Virus record (IMG/VR): IMGVR_UViG_3300035670_000196
Strand: one strand, 5' to 3'
DNA from: an uncultured virus (IMG/VR IMGVR_UViG_3300035670_000196)
Lineage: Duplodnaviria; Heunggongvirae; Uroviricota; Caudoviricetes
DNA length: 20,000 bases
This document shows, one piece after another, positions 16,696-20,000 of the stretch. Under the pieces are notes generated by a model. The model saw nothing but the letters and a program-made list of their open reading frames with translations, did no database searches and was not told the origin of the DNA. A program made the translations under genes and the position numbers. The stretch's first letter is position 1. Every line of letters begins with the position of its first letter.

Positions 16696-17912
16696 TGTCT
16701 GGAATTGCTGAATACAAGCCTTTTGAGGGGCGGCGGCAAATTAAACTTCACGTCATTTTTGACTTGCAACAGCCGTTGTCTCACATTTCGGAGACAACGG
16801 GAAATGAATCGCTACTGAAGACAACATCGATGGTCGCGATTGATGGCGAGAAAGCGCAGGTGCCGATCTATTCCGGGAATGCGCAACGGAATGGCAACCT
16901 GGGGCGTCGGACGGGTATCGCATCGTTTCTGGATGCGCTGGATGTGGCGGTGAACAAATCGACTCATCAAACGCTATACAGCGGCGGATACATTGAGGGC
17001 AGTACGATTAATGATTTTGAGGCAGAAGAACGCATCCGAAAACTGTTGCCAAATCTTTCTTTGTTGGGTGGAGCGATCCCGCCGGAAACGCTGGGAATGC
17101 CAAAAGGAAAATCCCAGATGATAGAAGGGCGGCTGAATATCGGTGATGCTTATTTGGTTTGCTACGAATCAGTCCCCTACATCTACGAGCAATGTCCGGC
17201 GCTGTTGCCGTGGGAAGCGATGGAGTCGATCGATCTACTGATGGCCCGTCGCCGCAAGTTTATTGATCTGCGCTACGGCTTAGCCGCTGGCAAGGTCGAT
17301 CGGATGGCGGTAAATAAGGCTTGGCAAGCATTAAAGGCAACCGAGGCGGAGCACTTGCCGATTATTCGGCATCATTGCAAGCCGTCTTCCGAATATTGGG
17401 AGTATCGGGAGTCGGTGCGAGTTCCTAGCTATAAGCAGTCTGAGCTATCGCGGCATCTTGCGGGTAGTAAGCCCAAACTGCTAAAAGGTGATGAGGAAAA
17501 GAAAAAAGGAGACAAAAAAGAAGCTGGGCGACAAATGATTTCGGGTGCTTGGGTAATTCAGCGTGGCGCTCAGCTTTACTCTCTCTGGTGTAGCCGTGGA
17601 CAAGGAATTACGCCTCTTGAGGAAGGTGCCTTGGTTAATACGCTGCTGGAGTTTGCTAAGCAGCCCTACCTTGGCGGTAGGGCTAATGCAGGATGTGGCC
17701 TAGTGTCAATATCGATCCGCTGCGAAGCTGATGGGCAGTCGGGGGATTACCTCTCGCTGTCCCAATCGGCGCAGGTGATCAGCGATCGGGCAGCAAATTG
17801 CCACCAACGCTATCAAGATATGGTGCGCATCTACCAAGAGCACATTGCCGAAATCAAGGCGGGTGGCACTGTCGAGTCAGCCGATGCCTTTAATTTATTG
17901 GGGGTAAGCTGA
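16695..17912 (+). CDS. csf2: Type IV CRISPR Cas7-like backbone subunit Csf2
   Basis: LQQPLSH, VPIYSGNAQRNG, LYSGG, LPNLSLLGG, MIEGRLNIG, QMI, and C-terminal Gly-rich loop LGGRANAGCG. Confidence 0.88.
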   Translation: MSGIAEYKPFEGRRQIKLHVIFDLQQPLSHISETTGNESLLKTTSMVAIDGEKAQVPIYSGNAQRNGNLGRRTGIASFLDALDVAVNKSTHQTLYSGGYIEGSTINDFEAEERIRKLLPNLSLLGGAIPPETLGMPKGKSQMIEGRLNIGDAYLVCYESVPYIYEQCPALLPWEAMESIDLLMARRRKFIDLRYGLAAGKVDRMAVNKAWQALKATEAEHLPIIRHHCKPSSEYWEYRESVRVPSYKQSELSRHLAGSKPKLLKGDEEKKKGDKKEAGRQMISGAWVIQRGAQLYSLWCSRGQGITPLEEGALVNTLLEFAKQPYLGGRANAGCGLVSISIRCEADGQSGDYLSLSQSAQVISDRAANCHQRYQDMVRIYQEHIAEIKAGGTVESADAFNLLGVS

Positions 17913-18619
17913 TGCAGCCACTACGAGTAACCGCCCACTTAGCCAATAAATTGGCGGTGAGTGATGATTGGTCGCCGTCGCTTGATGCACTCCTAATTAA
18001 GCTACTACTGGATGAGCGGGGATTATCCAGTAGTAACCCGATGCTGGAAGATGTCGTTCGAAACCAGCCTGTGATTGACGCCAATATGCCGATCTACAAA
18101 GGTGAAATTAAAGGGGAATGGTACTGGCAGACCTCAAGCCCTTGTTATTTGTGGGATGCCGATGAAGTGGAAACCATCTACAAACGATGGGATCAACAAG
18201 AGCGTAACTTGAATTGGCAAGGCAAGCGGCGCAACTGGAGCACATCCGAGAATAATACAAAGTCCTGGACAATCCTTATTTCGGAGCGATCGACCCCGCG
18301 TATCGACTGGTATTGCATCGGTGATGCGCTGGAGATCCAGCGGTTGTTAACTCTGTCTGATAGATTGGCTAAAAAACGTCGGACACAGGTCTATCGATGG
18401 GACGTCGAGGCAATTGATCAAGATTGGCATTTATGGCGTGATCAAGAAATAATGCGGCCAATGCCAGTGGATTTAATTGATACGCCACCTCATGATTTTG
18501 CAATTCGGCGATGGGCATGGCGGCCACCGACGCATTTGCCTGAGAATGTGGCTAAGTGCCTGATGCCTGTAACAACAGCAAAGCGAGTTAAATCAGTTTA
18601 TGTGTGGGGAACGGAGTGA
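17912..18619 (+). CDS. csf3: Type IV CRISPR Cas5-like subunit Csf3
   Basis: MQPLRVTAHL...LDALL, WYCIGDALEIQRLL, LAKKRR, MRPMP, RPP; TGATG coupling to csf2. Confidence 0.8.
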   Translation: MQPLRVTAHLANKLAVSDDWSPSLDALLIKLLLDERGLSSSNPMLEDVVRNQPVIDANMPIYKGEIKGEWYWQTSSPCYLWDADEVETIYKRWDQQERNLNWQGKRRNWSTSENNTKSWTILISERSTPRIDWYCIGDALEIQRLLTLSDRLAKKRRTQVYRWDVEAIDQDWHLWRDQEIMRPMPVDLIDTPPHDFAIRRWAWRPPTHLPENVAKCLMPVTTAKRVKSVYVWGTE

Positions 18620-19314
18620 TGGATCTATTGGAGCGCGAGGCGTTTTCGGTTTATGCGCAGTTGCCAAAATTTAAGCGCAAAGTTAATCAGGCTTTAGTTG
18701 TAATTCGTGAAGCATTAAAAATTGGGCCTGCCTACGTTGCTGTTAGTTGGGGAAAAGATTCGGTGGTGATGCTGCACTTGTGTCAGCAGGTGCAGCCGGA
18801 TATTTTGGCAATCAGCTTTAGCCATCCAGAACGAAGCATGATTTCTAATTATGAAGAGGTAATCGATCAATATCGCCAACGATTTGGCCTGAATTTAAAA
18901 GATATTGCACTAGCTGGCGACCATGTCCCGGCCAAAGTCGAACAGGCTAAGCTTTGGGATACTTGGCCTGTTGGTTTTATTGGATTGAGAAAAGAAGAGT
19001 GCGATCGGAGATCTATGGCATTAATTAAGTATGGATTGCTGCATCAATACCAGTCTGGGAGTAGATCTACTAGTTGGCGTTGCTGCCCGGTTGGTTGGTT
19101 TGGTTGGCGTGATATTTGGGCTTACATTTGTGCAAATAACCTGCCGTACTTGTCAATTTACGATCAGCTTTCCAGAGACCGAGGAAGAACTACAGATCAT
19201 TTATCAAAAACTATGGACAAAGCATGGCAGCAACGCCGATTTGAAGAGATCAAGTTGGTTGCACCAGAATATGCAAAATATTTGCAGGAGAATCATGCAG
19301 AGAATTTCCAGTGA
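18619..19314 (+). CDS. CysH/PAPS-reductase-like PP-loop protein (type IV-B associated)
   Basis: YVAVSWGKDSVVMLHL, FIGLRKEECDRR, PVGWFGWRDIWAYICANNLPYLSIYD; TGATG coupling to csf3. Confidence 0.9.
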   Translation: MDLLEREAFSVYAQLPKFKRKVNQALVVIREALKIGPAYVAVSWGKDSVVMLHLCQQVQPDILAISFSHPERSMISNYEEVIDQYRQRFGLNLKDIALAGDHVPAKVEQAKLWDTWPVGFIGLRKEECDRRSMALIKYGLLHQYQSGSRSTSWRCCPVGWFGWRDIWAYICANNLPYLSIYDQLSRDRGRTTDHLSKTMDKAWQQRRFEEIKLVAPEYAKYLQENHAENFQ

Positions 19315-19669
19315 ATTGCAAAAGCGAAATTATCAGGACGGCGGTGATTTTGTCGCTATGGTTGCCTCTCAGGGGATGGGGTTGCCTCTTGTCGCGGTTG
19401 ATAAATTTGGAGCTGATATTCTTCGGTTTGAACCAGGCCACAAAACGTTGATGCACACCCATCCGGGTGATCATATTTTGTTCGTTGTAAAGGGTGCTGG
19501 GTTTTTGATCTTTGATGGAGAATTCTATAAACTTTCAGCAGGTGACTGTTACTTTGTCCCTGGGTCTGTACCTCATCAGGTCGGAGCTACTATTGCTGAA
19601 TTGCTGTTGCTGTCAGTGGCAAATAATCACCGTCCTGTAGATAGCAAGGAAAGATTAAATGTCGTCTAA
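19295..19669 (+). CDS. Cupin-domain protein (Cupin_2)
   Basis: HTHPGDHILFVVKG...GDCYFVPGSVPH metal-binding motifs; CAGGAG RBS before ATG 19295; overlaps both neighbours. Confidence 0.88.
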   Translation: MQRISSELQKRNYQDGGDFVAMVASQGMGLPLVAVDKFGADILRFEPGHKTLMHTHPGDHILFVVKGAGFLIFDGEFYKLSAGDCYFVPGSVPHQVGATIAELLLLSVANNHRPVDSKERLNVV

Positions 19670-20000
19670 CTGCTACTACTGCGGTGCCGAGGGGGCAACT
19701 CGCCCTCTCCAGATTTCATCAACTTTTACTGCCGCCGGAATAATTAAAGCCGCTCACAGTGATGTGATTTGTGAGCGATGCTATGGCATCATGTTTGGCG
19801 ATATACAACGGGTTTGGCATCACAACAAAGACGACGATCGATGGGTAAAACTGTACCTTCGAGGCATCCATCAACTTTGGCAAGGCGACACGCTATTAGA
19901 GCCACAGTTGGGGCCGCCAGAGGAGCACATACAGGTAAGTAGCACTGGTAAAGTTGGCAAGTCAGAGCGTTATCGAGTGTTATCCGGAGTCCCAAAACGC
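19659..20000 (+). CDS. csf1: Type IV Cas8-like large subunit Csf1 (partial, runs off the window)
   Basis: Manual translation MSSNCYYCGAEGATRPLQISSTFTAAGIIKAAHSDVICERCYGIMF...: CxxC-TFT-CxxC zinc finger as in the Csf1 N-terminus; open to the window end. Confidence 0.72.
   Translation, partial: MSSNCYYCGAEGATRPLQISSTFTAAGIIKAAHSDVICERCYGIMFGDIQRVWHHNKDDDRWVKLYLRGIHQLWQGDTLLEPQLGPPEEHIQVSSTGKVGKSERYRVLSGVPKR

Noticed and set aside
19031..19294. N-terminal extension of the cupin ORF given by the ORF track (212 aa)
   Set aside because: It overlaps the cysH-like gene out of frame; ATG 19295 with a CAGGAG RBS is the better start.
18619..19314. Housekeeping sulfate-assimilation cysH or Dnd/Ssp phosphorothioation dndC
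   Set aside because: No other cys, dnd or ssp genes are present, and it is translationally coupled to csf3, as in type IV-B loci.

Overview
The window looks like part of a cyanobacterial mobile replicon (plasmid or phage-plasmid); it has many CGATCG sites and HIP1 GCGATCGC at 8891 and 10218. Left: an FGE-sulfatase/CLec-domain gene, then an IS607-type element (serine-recombinase TnpA plus TnpB) followed by a ~260-nt structured omegaRNA-like region. The TnpB lacks the RuvC-III catalytic Asp and the Zn finger. Middle: a leftward cluster of small hypothetical genes, a Cro/XRE-like regulator with repeated palindromic operators, and a rightward replication module (SSB-like protein, SWIM-Dda/RecD-like helicase, C5 methyltransferase, large CyRepA1-like primase-helicase). 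Five copies of an exactly spaced promoter/operator motif are dispersed through this part. Right: a CAU-anticodon tRNA (probably Ile2) sits directly upstream of a type IV-B-like CRISPR effector operon (cas11-like, csf2, csf3, cysH-like, an inserted cupin, and csf1 running off the window). No CRISPR array is visible. Two leads stand out: the tRNA + IV-B + PP-loop + cupin operon, and a possibly nuclease-dead TnpB whose predicted guide matches the -10 region of the replicon's repeated promoter.
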